From the NCBI GenBank assembly GCA_019117135.1, contig DXAI01000031.1, positions 1-59,936 on the forward strand: DNA of 59,936 nt, written 5' to 3'. Position numbers and translations under genes: made by a program. The notes beneath the pieces are model-generated. The model was not told where the DNA came from. It was given only the letters and a program-made list of their open reading frames with translations, and did not search any database. Within the stretch, counting starts at the first letter, position 1; every line of letters starts with the position of its first letter. This DNA comes from Candidatus Duodenibacillus intestinavium (GTDB taxonomy: Bacteria; Pseudomonadota; Gammaproteobacteria; Burkholderiales; Burkholderiaceae_F). Positions 30,600 through 41,732 of the stretch are shown here, piece by piece.

Positions 30600-32063
30600 T
30601 TACTTTGACAAGGCTTGGTCTGCGGCTTGCGTCTCCGGTGCCGCCGTGTTCTTCAGTGTCACCTCAAGCTTGTCGTAGGGAATTTCAATGCCCGCCTCGT
30701 TATAAGCTTTGAGCACCGCTCGGAAAATGTTGCTCTTGAGAACCACTGTTCCGTCGCGTGGATCAGCAATCCAGAAAGCTGCACGCAGATTGATGCCGCT
30801 GGCGGCAAACTCGGTGACAGCAAACCATGGTTTGTGGTTCGGATCATTCAACACACGCGGCTGAGCAAGCACACACTCTGAGAGAACGCGCAGTGCTTCA
30901 TCAACGTCGCTCTCGTAGGCACACGAGACATCGAGAGTCACAAGTGTGGACGTGTCGGTGTGCGAGTAGTTCATCACGCTGCCCGTGACAAAATTTTCGT
31001 TGGGCACGATCATTTCTTCGCCTGACGTGTTGCGCAGCACAGAATAACGGGTGTTGATCTGCGTGATGATGCCGGTAAAACCTGCGGCATTTACCATGTC
31101 GCCGATCTTGATCGACTTATCGCACAAAATGATGAAACCCGAAATATAGTTCGATGCGATCTTCTGCATGCCAAAGCCGATGCCCACGCCGAGGGCGCCG
31201 CCAAAGACTGAGAGCACCGTCAGGTCGATGCCCGCGCTCGACAGACCGATCAAAACCCCGAGAATCAAAAAGCCCACGCGACATAACCGAGCCAACGCGA
31301 CACGAGAATTCATCTCCATCTCGCGCATGTTCATGATGGCCGCTTCGCACAAGCCCGAAATGCGGGAAGCGATGCCCAGTGCCAAGAAAAGCGTCAGGAC
31401 CCCGACGATGAGCGCCCAAACGGTCAGCTTATCGGTGCCGATCGGCAATTGACATGCCCGCATCCAATCGACAATGACCGGCAGAACATCAATGATTTGC
31501 AAAACCGCCAGCACCCAGAAAGCGATGCGAACGGCATGCCGCAGACTTTTCCCGAACATGCGCTCGCCCAGAAGCAGCGTGAGAAACTGCATCAGCACGA
31601 GCAGAATCGCCCAGGCATAAAAGATTTGATAGGCCACGCGCACGAGCACCAGTTCGCTGCGTTCGCTTAAAAAACCGGTTTCCGTGATTCCCCACACACA
31701 CAACGACAAAAGAGCCGCGGCCGTTACCGAAAACAGAATATCGTTGATCGTATTGAGGCACAGAGAAATAGCCTTGGCCTTCCAGTTTTCGCGACCGATG
31801 TGAATGGTAAGCGCCTTGATGCGGGCGCCCGCTACCTTATGTACCACGAGGCCGACAAAGACCGCAAACGCGATGGCGGCGATCTGAGCGAGAAACACAT
31901 GCCCGTAGGTAGTGCCCGAAAAAAGCGCCACAATATCCCCGAGCAGCGTTTCCGAAGTGTGGATCACCGCCTGTCCGGCGTTGGCAAGCACATTGTCCGC
32001 ACCGTCGGCGACGGCAGGCAAATTCGTCGTTGTCGTCATCTCACTCGCGCTCTCAGAAAACAT
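30600..32063 (-). CDS. MscS-family mechanosensitive channel
   Basis: GALGVGIGFGMQKIASNYISG, IKIGD, IVPNE and GIEIPY motifs; extra N-terminal TM helices. Confidence 0.9.
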   Translation of the reverse strand: MFSESASEMTTTTNLPAVADGADNVLANAGQAVIHTSETLLGDIVALFSGTTYGHVFLAQIAAIAFAVFVGLVVHKVAGARIKALTIHIGRENWKAKAISLCLNTINDILFSVTAAALLSLCVWGITETGFLSERSELVLVRVAYQIFYAWAILLVLMQFLTLLLGERMFGKSLRHAVRIAFWVLAVLQIIDVLPVIVDWMRACQLPIGTDKLTVWALIVGVLTLFLALGIASRISGLCEAAIMNMREMEMNSRVALARLCRVGFLILGVLIGLSSAGIDLTVLSVFGGALGVGIGFGMQKIASNYISGFIILCDKSIKIGDMVNAAGFTGIITQINTRYSVLRNTSGEEMIVPNENFVTGSVMNYSHTDTSTLVTLDVSCAYESDVDEALRVLSECVLAQPRVLNDPNHKPWFAVTEFAASGINLRAAFWIADPRDGTVVLKSNIFRAVLKAYNEAGIEIPYDKLEVTLKNTAAPETQAADQALSK

Positions 32064-32592
32064 ACAAGCCCATACTGGCGGGCACCAAAAAACGCAACGC
32101 CAGATTCAAAAGCAAGAAAAACAGAATCGGTGAAAGGTCAAATCCCTTGATGGGCGGCAAAAGCCGGCGAAATGGGCGCAGGAACGGATCAAGCAATGTG
32201 CCCAAAAGCGCCATGTAGCCCGACCAGCGGTTGGCAAAAAACGACAGAATGCAGTAGATGATCGTGCCCCAGATCAAAAGATTGACAAGCCAACGCAATG
32301 TCATTGCAATGATGGCCACGATAAAAGCTGTTGCCGTCTCCGGCATACCCATCAGTTCTCGGCCGGCCCATACCTGCACCAACGCAACAAAAACCGTCGC
32401 CGCCAGCGTGGGCAAATCCCAGTTTCCGCGAGGCCGCACCACAAAGCCGAAAGGAGTCACAAGCCAATTGGTGGCTTTCCAAATGAACCCCACCACAGGA
32501 TCGCGCGGCGTGATCGCTAGCGTCCAGCACCAGGCACGCAATAAAAGGAGGCTTCCGATCAGGCCGGTCAGAAAAGAAAAAATCGTGTACAT
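32053..32592 (-). CDS. yggT: YggT family membrane protein
   Basis: Two YGGT repeats (ATNWLVTP; DPFLRPFRRLLPP..GFDLSP). Confidence 0.82.
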   Translation of the reverse strand: MYTIFSFLTGLIGSLLLLRAWCWTLAITPRDPVVGFIWKATNWLVTPFGFVVRPRGNWDLPTLAATVFVALVQVWAGRELMGMPETATAFIVAIIAMTLRWLVNLLIWGTIIYCILSFFANRWSGYMALLGTLLDPFLRPFRRLLPPIKGFDLSPILFFLLLNLALRFLVPASMGLYVF

Positions 32593-32660
32593 AACCGTAG
32601 GCTGCGCTTTAAAAACAAGCAAGCCGAAAATAAGTGAAAGCTGCGCGGCTTCAAATAAAC

Positions 32661-33290
32661 TCAAGCGCGCACGAAAGATTGTTCGAGGATGCTCAACTGC
32701 AGACGCGCGGCGGCGCCTGCAAACTGCGGGCTACCGAACGCCGACCGGGCGCTGTGCAAACGCACCCAATCAAAATGCGGCCCCGGATCTGTTTTTCGCC
32801 CCGGAGCAATATCGCTGTGCCCCACAATATACGAAAGACCATATCGGGCGTCAATGGCCTTCAATAGCTTTTCCAACGCCTGATACTGCTCGTCCTCAAA
32901 CGCAACGAAATCGGTGCCCTCAAGTTCGATGCCGATCGAAAAATCGTTGCAATTGTCGCGTCCGTTAAAGCGGCTCACGCCGGCGTGCCAGGCCCGTTTG
33001 CCGCACCCCACAAACTGCACGATACGGCCATTGCGCTCAATGAAGAAGTGACTCGACACCCGAAGCCCCTCGAGATCTGCCAAATCCGGATGAACCTTCG
33101 TATCAAGCTCTCCCATGAAGAGGTCCCGCACAAGCCCCGTCTCAAAACAGTTCGGAGGCAACGAAATATTGTGCAACACCACCACATGCGGCTCGGCGTC
33201 TTCGGCCGGACGCTCGTTGAAATGAGGACTTGCGTGATGTTCGACACCCTCAAGCCAGCCCTCGGCATCAAAAACATGGTTCGGCACCAT
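32661..33290 (-). CDS. ampD: 1,6-anhydro-N-acetylmuramyl-L-alanine amidase AmpD
   Basis: SPHFNERP, HNISLPP, VSSHF, AWHAG, SIGIELEG, GHSDIAPGRKTDPG. Confidence 0.94.
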   Translation of the reverse strand: MVPNHVFDAEGWLEGVEHHASPHFNERPAEDAEPHVVVLHNISLPPNCFETGLVRDLFMGELDTKVHPDLADLEGLRVSSHFFIERNGRIVQFVGCGKRAWHAGVSRFNGRDNCNDFSIGIELEGTDFVAFEDEQYQALEKLLKAIDARYGLSYIVGHSDIAPGRKTDPGPHFDWVRLHSARSAFGSPQFAGAAARLQLSILEQSFVRA

Positions 33291-33291
33291 T

Positions 33292-33540
33292 TCAGGCCCT
33301 GTGTGCTCGTGCCTTTTTGCGGCAGCGCTCCGAACAGTACGCCTTGCCGTCGCCCAACACTGCCTCGTCTTCGGGAAAGTAAGCGCCGCATTCAGGGCAC
33401 TCAATCATGGCTGTCGGAAACTTCGACTTTTTGCCGCCTACCTGCTTATGTACCCCTTCCTTGCTGCGGCGACTGCGCGCAAACACAAAAGCAGCGTAGA
33501 TGGCAACGATCAGAATGACCCAAAAGAGAATTCGTCCCAT
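33292..33540 (-). CDS. PP0621-family small membrane zinc-binding protein
   Basis: N-terminal TM, CPECG...YCSERC; usual position between ypjD and ampD. Confidence 0.75.
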   Translation of the reverse strand: MGRILFWVILIVAIYAAFVFARSRRSKEGVHKQVGGKKSKFPTAMIECPECGAYFPEDEAVLGDGKAYCSERCRKKARAHRA

Positions 33541-33550
33541 GGTTGACTCG

Positions 33551-34366
33551 CTAGTGAATCATCGCGTCCAGGATAAAGCGGTACACAAGATAGGCAACTG
33601 CCAGAAAAACAATGCCCGCCCAGAACCAGGAAAGAGCCTTCTTCTTGCGCCAGCCGAGGAAATAGCGGCCGGCCAGAAGCACGGCAAACACGATCCATGA
33701 CAGCCACGTCAGAATCGTCTTATGTTCAAAAATAAAGTAGGTCTGGTGCAGTTCGTATGTAGCCATCGCACCCAAAATCAAGACGCAGGTGAGGCAGGCA
33801 AAACCGCAAGCCACAATGCGGAAAAGAATGCGCTCCATCGCGAGCAAGCTCGGCATACTCGACAAAAGACCGCCCTTATTGAGGGTCGCCGGATTGGCGA
33901 CTTCACGCTCTTTGCGCGTGAGCAAAATCGCCTGCACCACGGCAATCGTCATGAAGCTGTATGCCGCAAGCGCCATCAAGAGGTGAACGCGAAAGAGAAT
34001 CGACCATTCCTGTGCCGGGAAAAGCTCACCCTGAAACACCACCGGCAAAGCTGTGCCGAAAGCCGACACCACAATCACGATACCCATCAGACCATTGATG
34101 CGGTGCACCAGGCTTTCGACCAACACGATTGCCACCGAAATGCACAGCAGCGCCGAAACAGCCATGCCAAAACCGAAGCGAATCGCTCCGGGCGCAAACA
34201 TATTCATCAGAACGCCCACGGCATGCGCGGCAAAACCCACAAAACCGACGGTACGCAACCAGGCCGGCGCCACCGCTTCGGGAGCGTTCAAAACCTTCAC
34301 AATGCCCACGCCGCAAACCAGGTAGGCCAGGGCGGCAACCACAAGCAAAATTTCGCTCAGAGCCAT
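33551..34366 (-). CDS. CcsA-like inner membrane protein (YpjD)
   Basis: About 8 TM helices, H..MALAAYS, PSLLAME, HKT...W...GR..GWR; divergent from ffh. Confidence 0.82.
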   Translation of the reverse strand: MALSEILLVVAALAYLVCGVGIVKVLNAPEAVAPAWLRTVGFVGFAAHAVGVLMNMFAPGAIRFGFGMAVSALLCISVAIVLVESLVHRINGLMGIVIVVSAFGTALPVVFQGELFPAQEWSILFRVHLLMALAAYSFMTIAVVQAILLTRKEREVANPATLNKGGLLSSMPSLLAMERILFRIVACGFACLTCVLILGAMATYELHQTYFIFEHKTILTWLSWIVFAVLLAGRYFLGWRKKKALSWFWAGIVFLAVAYLVYRFILDAMIH

Positions 34367-34660
34367 CTGAGAGTAGTCCCAAAAAGAAAAACAGCACGTC
34401 TGAAAGGATATTTTTCAAACGCGGAAAACAAACTTCGCGGTGCTTTAAAATATTCGACCGCGTGTCTGCCGCAACCAAGCAAGCTGCCGTCTTTCCCATA
34501 AGAAAAACAAACGGCTTGCTGAGCAAAACACCCTCTCTTTTTTATGCGATTCTAGTCGAGCCTGCCCCGCAGGAACCTTAAGAGCGGTCTGCTTTGCATG
34601 GTGTTTGGGCTTTCATTCGAAGTTATTTTCATTTTTTCGCTTTTTCCGACCGTTTTTTTC

Positions 34661-36043
34661 ATGCTTGAGAATCTGAGTTCCCGTCTTTCGCGTATTGTCA
34701 AGACCATGCGCGGACAGGCCCGCTTGACCGAACAAAACACACGCGACATGCTGCGCGAAGTGCGCCTTGCACTGCTTGAGGCTGACGTTGCCCTTCCCGT
34801 GGTGCGCGAACTCACCGCCCGCATCAAGGAAAAAGCGCTCGGTGAGGAAGTTGTTGGCAATCTCAACCCTGGCCAGGCACTGGTGGGAGTTGTGGAACGT
34901 GAGCTCACTGCCGTTATCGGCGGCGACGTTCCTGAAAAAGAGCGCCAAATCAACCTTTCCGTTCAGCCCCCGGCCGTAATCCTTCTGGCCGGTCTTCAGG
35001 GTTCGGGCAAGACCACAAGTGCGGCTAAGATCGCCAAGTGGCTCAAAGAAAACCTCAAAAAGAAAGTTCTCACGGTTTCGGCTGACGTCTACCGTCCGGC
35101 CGCTATTGATCAGTTAAAAACCGTTTCGGCTCAGGCCGGCGCAGACTTTTTCGAGTCCACACCGGATCAAAAACCTCTTGACATCGCCCGTCTGGCCCTC
35201 GATCACGCCAAGCGCCACTTCTACGACGTGCTTATTGTCGATACGGCCGGCCGTCTGGCCATTGACGAAGCCATGATGCAGGAAGTAAGCGATCTGGCCG
35301 ATTTCCTCAACCCGGCCGAAACGCTTTTTGTGATCGACGCCATGCTCGGTCAGGACGCTGTCAACACGGCCCGTGCCTTTAACGAACGTTTGTCGCTCAC
35401 AGGTGTTGTGCTTACCAAGCTTGACGGTGACAGCCGCGGTGGTGCAGCCCTTTCGGTGCGCATGGTCACGGGCAAACCCATCAAGTTCGTCGGCTTGGGA
35501 GAAAAGCTCGACGGCTTCGAGCTCTTTAATCCCGAGCAGATGGCTGGTCGTATCCTCGGCATGGGCGACATCGTCTCGCTCGTCAAAGATGTTCAGAAGT
35601 CGGTCGACCAAAAAACCGTTGAAAAGCTCGCCAAGAAGATCAAGTCCGGCGACAAGTTCGACTTGGAAGACTTCAAGGGCCAGATTTCGCAGATGAAGAA
35701 TATGGGACCGATCTCGGGCATCATCGAAAAACTCCCGGCTCAGTTCCAGCAAGCTGCCGCACACGTCAACGACAAGGATGCCGCCAAGCAGATCCGCCGC
35801 ACCGAAGGCATCATCAACTCAATGACACCCAAAGAGCGCCGCAACCCCGAAATCATCAAGGCAAGCCGCAAGCGCCGTATTGCCGCAGGTGCCGGCGTCA
35901 CCGTGCAGGAAGTCAACCGTCTGCTCAAGCAGTTCGAGCAGACACGCGACGTAATGAAGCATATGCAAAAGGGTGGCATGGCCAAAATGATGCGTGCGCT
36001 CGGTCAATTGGGCGGCCGCTTCGGCGGCTTTGGTCGTCGCTAA
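34661..36043 (+). CDS. ffh: Signal recognition particle protein Ffh
   Basis: ALLEADV, GLQGSGKTT, DTAGR, TKLDGD, M domain SMT..ER. Confidence 0.97.
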   Translation: MLENLSSRLSRIVKTMRGQARLTEQNTRDMLREVRLALLEADVALPVVRELTARIKEKALGEEVVGNLNPGQALVGVVERELTAVIGGDVPEKERQINLSVQPPAVILLAGLQGSGKTTSAAKIAKWLKENLKKKVLTVSADVYRPAAIDQLKTVSAQAGADFFESTPDQKPLDIARLALDHAKRHFYDVLIVDTAGRLAIDEAMMQEVSDLADFLNPAETLFVIDAMLGQDAVNTARAFNERLSLTGVVLTKLDGDSRGGAALSVRMVTGKPIKFVGLGEKLDGFELFNPEQMAGRILGMGDIVSLVKDVQKSVDQKTVEKLAKKIKSGDKFDLEDFKGQISQMKNMGPISGIIEKLPAQFQQAAAHVNDKDAAKQIRRTEGIINSMTPKERRNPEIIKASRKRRIAAGAGVTVQEVNRLLKQFEQTRDVMKHMQKGGMAKMMRALGQLGGRFGGFGRR

Positions 36044-36068
36044 TCACTTGACGCATCCGTCAACAAAT

Positions 36069-36848
36069 ATGCGCTCGGTCACCTGGGAAACGTTTCTCGC
36101 CTCCCCCGCAGGCCAAACCGTTCTGGCCTGGGAGGAGGGTGCCTGCGCGCGTTTTCTTGCCAACAAATCCGGCGATCGAGCCCTTCAAATCGGCCTCGGG
36201 GCTCTGAATCCTTTTGCCGCCAGTCCGATTACGCACCGCATCCTCATTGACGACACGGTGCACGCCAGCGCAGACAGCCACGACTTTCGATGCCGCGTCC
36301 TCGCGCAGACCGATGCACTACCGCTTTGCGAAGAGTGCTGTGACGTCGTTGTGCTCGCGCATACGTTTGACCGACACCCCAAAGAGTTGCAGGCGACACT
36401 CTCGGAAGCGGCTCGCGTGCTTGCTCCCAATGGCTTACTGATCACTCTTTTTTTCAACGCGATGGGAGGCTGGGCATTGCGCGAGAAAATTTTTCCGACG
36501 AGAAAAATTCTCCCCGACGGCTCTGCCGGCATTCCGATCATTTCCGTCAAATCAGCCGTACAAAAAGCCGGGCTCTCGCTTGAAGGCGGCAACTTCGGTG
36601 TGTATGCCGTAAGCCCCGGCAAAAATTCCGCCAACGTGCGGTTACCCGGCTGGCTTGACAAAGCCGGAGACCGCTGGTGGCCGACACTGAGCAACGTGAT
36701 TTTGCTGTCTGCCCGCAAGGTTGGCGTCAAACCCACGCTCGTAGGCAAAGTCAACTTTGCTGCCGCCAAGTCCGGCAAAACCGTTTCGGCCACACTGAAA
36801 AATTCCGAATCACTGAAGACTTCGAATGACGCAGCAGACTGTTCTTGA
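36069..36848 (+). CDS. Class I SAM-dependent methyltransferase-like protein (YafS-like)
   Basis: [10 protein letters not shown]...L.EAARVL.PNG motif; upstream of rnhA as is typical. Confidence 0.72.
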   Translation: MRSVTWETFLASPAGQTVLAWEEGACARFLANKSGDRALQIGLGALNPFAASPITHRILIDDTVHASADSHDFRCRVLAQTDALPLCEECCDVVVLAHTFDRHPKELQATLSEAARVLAPNGLLITLFFNAMGGWALREKIFPTRKILPDGSAGIPIISVKSAVQKAGLSLEGGNFGVYAVSPGKNSANVRLPGWLDKAGDRWWPTLSNVILLSARKVGVKPTLVGKVNFAAAKSGKTVSATLKNSESLKTSNDAADCS

Positions 36849-37272
36849 AATCTGGACTGACGGCGCTTGTAAAGGCAACCCTGGGCCCGGCGGCTGGGGG
36901 GTTTTGATGCGCTTTGGTGCTCACTCGCACGAACTCTACGGAGGCGAAGCCCAAACCACCAACAACCGGATGGAGCTCACTGCCGTCATTGAGGCCTTAA
37001 GCGCCATTAAGCGCCCCGTACCGATCATCCTGCATCTGGATTCGAGCTATGTGCGCAACGGCATCACCGGCTGGATTCACAGCTGGAAAAAGAAAGGCTG
37101 GCGCACCGCCGACGGCAAACCCGTCAAAAACGTCGAACTCTGGCAAAAACTCGATGAACTTGCAGGCCGGTTTGACATTGACTGGCGCTGGGTCAAGGGG
37201 CACGCGGGAGACCTCGGAAACGAACGAGCCGACGAACTAGCCAATATGGGGGCTGCACAATTCGCCGGATAA
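36826..37272 (+). CDS. rnhA: Ribonuclease HI
   Basis: [41 protein letters not shown]. Confidence 0.97.
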   Translation: MTQQTVLEIWTDGACKGNPGPGGWGVLMRFGAHSHELYGGEAQTTNNRMELTAVIEALSAIKRPVPIILHLDSSYVRNGITGWIHSWKKKGWRTADGKPVKNVELWQKLDELAGRFDIDWRWVKGHAGDLGNERADELANMGAAQFAG

Positions 37273-37290
37273 CCGGCATTAGGATTCATC

Positions 37291-38016
37291 ATGCGTCAAA
37301 TTTGTCTGGATACGGAAACCACGGGCCTTAACGCTGATAAAGACGATCGAATCGTGGAAATCGGTTGTGCGGAAATAGTCGGCCGCACTTTGAGCGATCG
37401 ACCCGAAGCGTTTTTCCACCAATACATTAACCCCGAGCGTGACGTGCCGATCGAAGCGGTGGACGTACACGGTCTGGACAATGCCTTTTTGGCCGACAAA
37501 CCTATTTTCGCCGACATCGTCGACGATTTCCTTAAGTTCATCGAAGGCGCTGAACTCATCATCCACAACGCAAGCTTCGACGTGGGCTTTCTCAATATGG
37601 AGCTCGGCCGTCTGGGCAAGGGGCGTATTGAAGACTATTGTCTGAAGGTCACCGACAGTCTCAAGATGGCCTCCGACATGTTCCCGGGGCTTCGCAATAA
37701 CCTCGACGTGCTCTGCTCTCGCTATGAAATCGACCGCTCGGCCCGTACCCTGCACGGTGCCTTGCTCGACGCGCGGCTTTTGGCTGAGGTCTATCTCGCC
37801 ATGACCCGCAAGCAAGGAGAATTGCTGAGCGACACAATTGAAGCCGGCGAAAATGGCTTTCAGATCCCGGACAAAAGCCTATTTGTCCGCGCCACGGTGC
37901 CTGCCGATGAAATGGCTGAACACGAGGCCTTTCTCGAGCGCATCGCCAAAAAGAGTAAAAAGGGATGTCTGTGGACACTGGCGTTGCAGCCGCAAGATCA
38001 AACGCCGGCTTCCTGA
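37291..38016 (+). CDS. dnaQ: DNA polymerase III epsilon subunit
   Basis: DTETTG, HNASFD, LHGALLDA exonuclease motifs. Confidence 0.95.
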   Translation: MRQICLDTETTGLNADKDDRIVEIGCAEIVGRTLSDRPEAFFHQYINPERDVPIEAVDVHGLDNAFLADKPIFADIVDDFLKFIEGAELIIHNASFDVGFLNMELGRLGKGRIEDYCLKVTDSLKMASDMFPGLRNNLDVLCSRYEIDRSARTLHGALLDARLLAEVYLAMTRKQGELLSDTIEAGENGFQIPDKSLFVRATVPADEMAEHEAFLERIAKKSKKGCLWTLALQPQDQTPAS

Positions 38017-38144
38017 GTTTTGACACAACAAGCGACTACGCCGAAATACTCAAGAAAAACAGGCCAAAACCCGATAAAATGCGCGGATTACACTTAGGCG
38101 TCGCATCTTTTTGACGCGCCGTCCTCTTTTTCCGACCACGCGCG

Positions 38145-39194
38145 ATGATTGATCTACAACACATCACGCAGCGCTACCCCACTCCCGAAGGCGGAGTTTT
38201 TTACGCTCTCAAGGACGTTTCGCTTCACATTGAACAAGGCGAAATCTTCGGCATTATCGGCCGTTCCGGGGCGGGCAAATCCACGCTGGTGCGCTGCATC
38301 AATTTCCTGAACCGTCCGAGTGAAGGGACGGTCACCGTCGACGGCAAATGCCTCAACACCATGACGGAAGCCGAACTACGCGCTTCGCGCCGCAACATCG
38401 GCATGATCTTTCAGCACTTCAATCTGCTGAGTTCCCGCACGGTGTTCGACAACGCCGCTTTCCCGCTCGAGCTGATCGGCATGGACAAGGCCAAGATCAA
38501 AGCCAAGGTCGATCCGCTTCTTGATCTCGTAGGACTGAGCGAGCACCGCAATAAGTATCCGGCTCAGCTCTCAGGCGGACAAAAACAGCGTGTCGGCATT
38601 GCCCGAGCCCTTGCTAACGATCCCCGCGTGCTTCTCTCTGACGAAGCCACGAGCGCACTGGATCCCGAAACGACCATTGCTACGCTTGAGCTCTTAAAGC
38701 GCATCAATAAAGAGCTCGGACTGACGATCGTCATGATCACCCACCAGATGGATGTGGTAAAGCAGATTTGCGATCGCGTTGCCGTCATGAACAAAGGTAT
38801 TGTCGTGGAAGAGGGATCGGTGATTGACGTTTTCCGTCGTCCTCAAACCGAAACCACCAAGGCGCTCATCGGCAACATCATGGCCCAGGAACTGCCCGGC
38901 TCCATGCTTGAGCGCGTACGCGAACAAGTGGCCGGTCTTGACAAGGACTCGGTGCACATTCTGCGCCTCAGTTTTGTAGGCAGCGAAGTGACGCGTCCGG
39001 TGATTTCAGAAGCCAGCCGCATGTTCAATATCGACGTCAATATTCTGTTGGGGCAGGTCGACGAAGTGCAGGGCAAAGGCTTTGGCACACTCACGATTCT
39101 GACGAGCTGCAACACCGACACTTTCTCTCAGTTGCTCGAATATCTGCGCAAGCACAACGTCACCGTTGAGGAGGTCACAAGCCATGTCCTCTGA
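38145..39194 (+). CDS. metN: Methionine ABC transporter ATPase
   Basis: [29 protein letters not shown]-terminal NIL domain. Confidence 0.93.
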   Translation: MIDLQHITQRYPTPEGGVFYALKDVSLHIEQGEIFGIIGRSGAGKSTLVRCINFLNRPSEGTVTVDGKCLNTMTEAELRASRRNIGMIFQHFNLLSSRTVFDNAAFPLELIGMDKAKIKAKVDPLLDLVGLSEHRNKYPAQLSGGQKQRVGIARALANDPRVLLSDEATSALDPETTIATLELLKRINKELGLTIVMITHQMDVVKQICDRVAVMNKGIVVEEGSVIDVFRRPQTETTKALIGNIMAQELPGSMLERVREQVAGLDKDSVHILRLSFVGSEVTRPVISEASRMFNIDVNILLGQVDEVQGKGFGTLTILTSCNTDTFSQLLEYLRKHNVTVEEVTSHVL

Positions 39195-39837
39195 TCTGAT
39201 GCTCATGCTCTGGGACTCGTTCGTCGAAACCGTCATCATGGTGGGCTTGTCGGGTTTCATCGGGTCCGTCTTCGGCATTCCGTTGGGCATTTTGCTGCAT
39301 GTCACCGACAACGGCGGCGTGCACCCGATGCCGATTTTCAACAAAGTGCTCGGCTGGATCATCAACGCCGTGCGCTCCACGCCGTTCATCATTTTGCTTG
39401 TAGCGATCATTCCGCTCACGCGTGTCATTGCCGGCACCTCCATCGGCACAGCCGCTGCCGTTGTGCCGCTTACGATCGCCGTTGCGCCCTTTATCGCACG
39501 TCTGGTGGAAACCAGCCTGCGCGAAGTCGACAAGGGACTGATTGAAGCCGCTCAGGCCATGGGCGCTACCAATCTGCAGATCGTGATGAAGGTCTTGTTG
39601 CCCGAGGCCATGCCCGGCATCGTAGCGGGCCTTACCATCAGTTTGGTAAGTCTTGTGGGATACTCGGCCATGGCCGGTGCCATCGGCGGCGGCGGTCTGG
39701 GCGACATGGGCATTCGCTACGGTTATCAGCGCTTCATGCCCGACGTGATGCTCGCCGTGGTGGTGATCCTCATCGTGTTCGTGCAAGCCATGCAAAGTTT
39801 CGGCGACTGGCTGGTGCGACGCATGAGCCACAGATAA
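39184..39837 (+). CDS. metI: Methionine ABC transporter permease
   Basis: [34 protein letters not shown]. Confidence 0.93.
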   Translation: MSSDLMLMLWDSFVETVIMVGLSGFIGSVFGIPLGILLHVTDNGGVHPMPIFNKVLGWIINAVRSTPFIILLVAIIPLTRVIAGTSIGTAAAVVPLTIAVAPFIARLVETSLREVDKGLIEAAQAMGATNLQIVMKVLLPEAMPGIVAGLTISLVSLVGYSAMAGAIGGGGLGDMGIRYGYQRFMPDVMLAVVVILIVFVQAMQSFGDWLVRRMSHR

Positions 39838-39853
39838 AAAATTCCTCCACAGG

Positions 39854-39885
39854 CAACGCCGCGCACTCGCGCGGCGTTTTGCTTT
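39854..39885 (+). terminator. Intrinsic terminator after metI
   Basis: AACGCCGCGC-ACTC-GCGCGGCGTT followed by a T-rich tail. Confidence 0.7.
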
Positions 39886-39963
39886 GGAATATCCTTAGTC
39901 CTGTCGAGGCTCTGCCTAGCCGCAACGCGCCTTGCTGTTTTCTTCCCCAAGCCTGAGACTGCC

Positions 39964-40725
39964 ATGCCTGTTTATCACCTTTATTTTTCACCGTGTTCAA
40001 GCACCTACGACACGACCTATGCGTTCTGCCGCGCAATCTCGCAGAACGCCGCCATTGAAGTCAATCTCACCGATCGAGAAACCGAAGTCCCGGAAATTCC
40101 GGCAGGCTCCGTCGCCGTCGTCGCTGCGCCTGTTTACGCCGGCCGCCTTCCGACACCGATGGCAGAAAAACTCGCGCGTGCCCATCTGCAGGGTGTCAAG
40201 GTCGTCACCTTTGCCGTGTACGGCGGACGCGCCTATGAAGACGCTCTTATCGAACTCAACGATTTGTGCGAAAAAGCAGAAGCTACGGTTTTGGCCAGCG
40301 CCGCGACGATTGCTGCGCATGTTTTTGTGCCTGATCTGGAGCGCGGCCGTCCCGACGAAAACGACTTCGCTGAAATCCGCGACTTCGGACGCCGCGTCTG
40401 CGAAAAATACGCCGCAAGAGACGAATCGCCTGTTGTCGTTCCCGGCAATCGTCCCTACCGCCCGGCCTACAAAGCCGCTTTTGTGCCTGAAACCGACACA
40501 GCCATGTGCCGCAAATGCGGTGTGTGTATTGCCGCTTGCCCAACTGGCGCAATTGACGCGCAGGATCCGTCCAAGACAGATATCAACCTCTGTATCAACT
40601 GTATGCGTTGCGTAGCCAGCTGCGCTTCGGGTGCCAAAGCGCAACCCGCTGCCGCCAAAGCTGCCATCACGGCCCGGCTGTCACCATTGCTTGGCGGCCA
40701 TAAGCCCAATGAGTTCTATCTCTAA
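39964..40725 (+). CDS. Flavodoxin-like + 2x[4Fe-4S] ferredoxin (EFR1 family)
   Basis: YFSP, PVYAGR, VYGGRAYEDAL, GRPD; CRKCGVCIAACP and CINCMRCVASC. Confidence 0.85.
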   Translation: MPVYHLYFSPCSSTYDTTYAFCRAISQNAAIEVNLTDRETEVPEIPAGSVAVVAAPVYAGRLPTPMAEKLARAHLQGVKVVTFAVYGGRAYEDALIELNDLCEKAEATVLASAATIAAHVFVPDLERGRPDENDFAEIRDFGRRVCEKYAARDESPVVVPGNRPYRPAYKAAFVPETDTAMCRKCGVCIAACPTGAIDAQDPSKTDINLCINCMRCVASCASGAKAQPAAAKAAITARLSPLLGGHKPNEFYL

Positions 40726-40799
40726 ATAGCTGGAAAGACGCCGAATTTTTGCCAAGCTCTTGGTTTCCTTGAGAGTTTTGGGCATAATTAGCGACTCAT

Positions 40800-40873
40800 G
40801 CGGGCGTAGTTCAATGGCAGAACGAAAGCTTCCCAAGCTTTATACGAGGGTTCGATTCCCTTCGCCCGCTCCA
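40800..40873 (+). tRNA. tRNA-Gly (anticodon CCC)
   Basis: GCGGGCGTAGTTCAATGG...TTCCCAA...GGTTCGATTCCC...CCCGCTCCA cloverleaf. Confidence 0.96.
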
Positions 40874-40942
40874 AGATTCGACGAAACGGACCGCTTCTGA
40901 CAACGGTCCGTTTTGGCTATCTACTGTTCCTCTTTTTTCAGC

Positions 40943-41665
40943 ATGTCCGGCAAAGAACTCACCCCCGAAGAGCTCGAGGAGCTCAAAAACCGCCATATCC
41001 GAAGCTTCGTGCTACGCCGCGGCCATATTTCCGTGGCTCAGGAACGCGCTTTCGAGGAAATTTTTCCAAAGTACGAAGTCAAGTACGAGGTCAAGCCTTT
41101 TGATGCCGAAGCTGCCTTCGGACGCAAAGCGCCGCTGGTCCTTGAAATCGGCTGCGGCATGGGCGAAACGACGGCCGCTATCGCGCAGGCTCATCCGGAA
41201 GTTAACTTCTTGGGCTGTGAAGTTTTCGTTGCAGGCGTGGGTGCTCTCAGCAAACGCATTGACGAGATGGGGCTTGAAAACATCCGAATCGCCCGGCACG
41301 ACGCCGTAGAAGTGGTCCGTGACATGCTCGCCCCCGATTCTCTTTCGGGTATTCATGTGTACTTCCCAGATCCCTGGCGCAAGGCGCGTCACCACAAGCG
41401 ACGTCTGATCCGACCAGAAATCGTCTCGCTGCTTGCATCCCGCCTGCAGCCCGGAGCCTACATTCACTGCGCTACCGACTGGGAAAACTATGCCGAGCAG
41501 ATGCTTGAAGTGCTCTCGGCTGAGCCGCTTTTAAAGAACCTCCATCCGGAAGGCTTCTCACCGGTGATGGCCAATCCGCTGTGTGAGCGCCCCTGCACCA
41601 AGTTCCAGGCCCGAGGCGAACGACTCGGCCACGGCGTTTGGGACCTCGTGTTCGTACGCATCTGA
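40943..41665 (+). CDS. trmB: tRNA (guanine-N7)-methyltransferase
   Basis: [38 protein letters not shown]. Confidence 0.95.
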   Translation: MSGKELTPEELEELKNRHIRSFVLRRGHISVAQERAFEEIFPKYEVKYEVKPFDAEAAFGRKAPLVLEIGCGMGETTAAIAQAHPEVNFLGCEVFVAGVGALSKRIDEMGLENIRIARHDAVEVVRDMLAPDSLSGIHVYFPDPWRKARHHKRRLIRPEIVSLLASRLQPGAYIHCATDWENYAEQMLEVLSAEPLLKNLHPEGFSPVMANPLCERPCTKFQARGERLGHGVWDLVFVRI

Positions 41666-41687
41666 CCACGATCGGACACAAAAAAAT

Positions 41688-41718
41688 ACCCCGGCGGGAA
41701 CATCTCGTCGGGGTTTTC
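41688..41718. terminator. Probable bidirectional terminator between trmB and hsp20
   Basis: ACCCCGGCGGGA-AC-A-TCTCGTCGGGGT stem with A run before and T run after. Confidence 0.6.
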
Positions 41719-41732
41719 ATCTCAAACACCGA

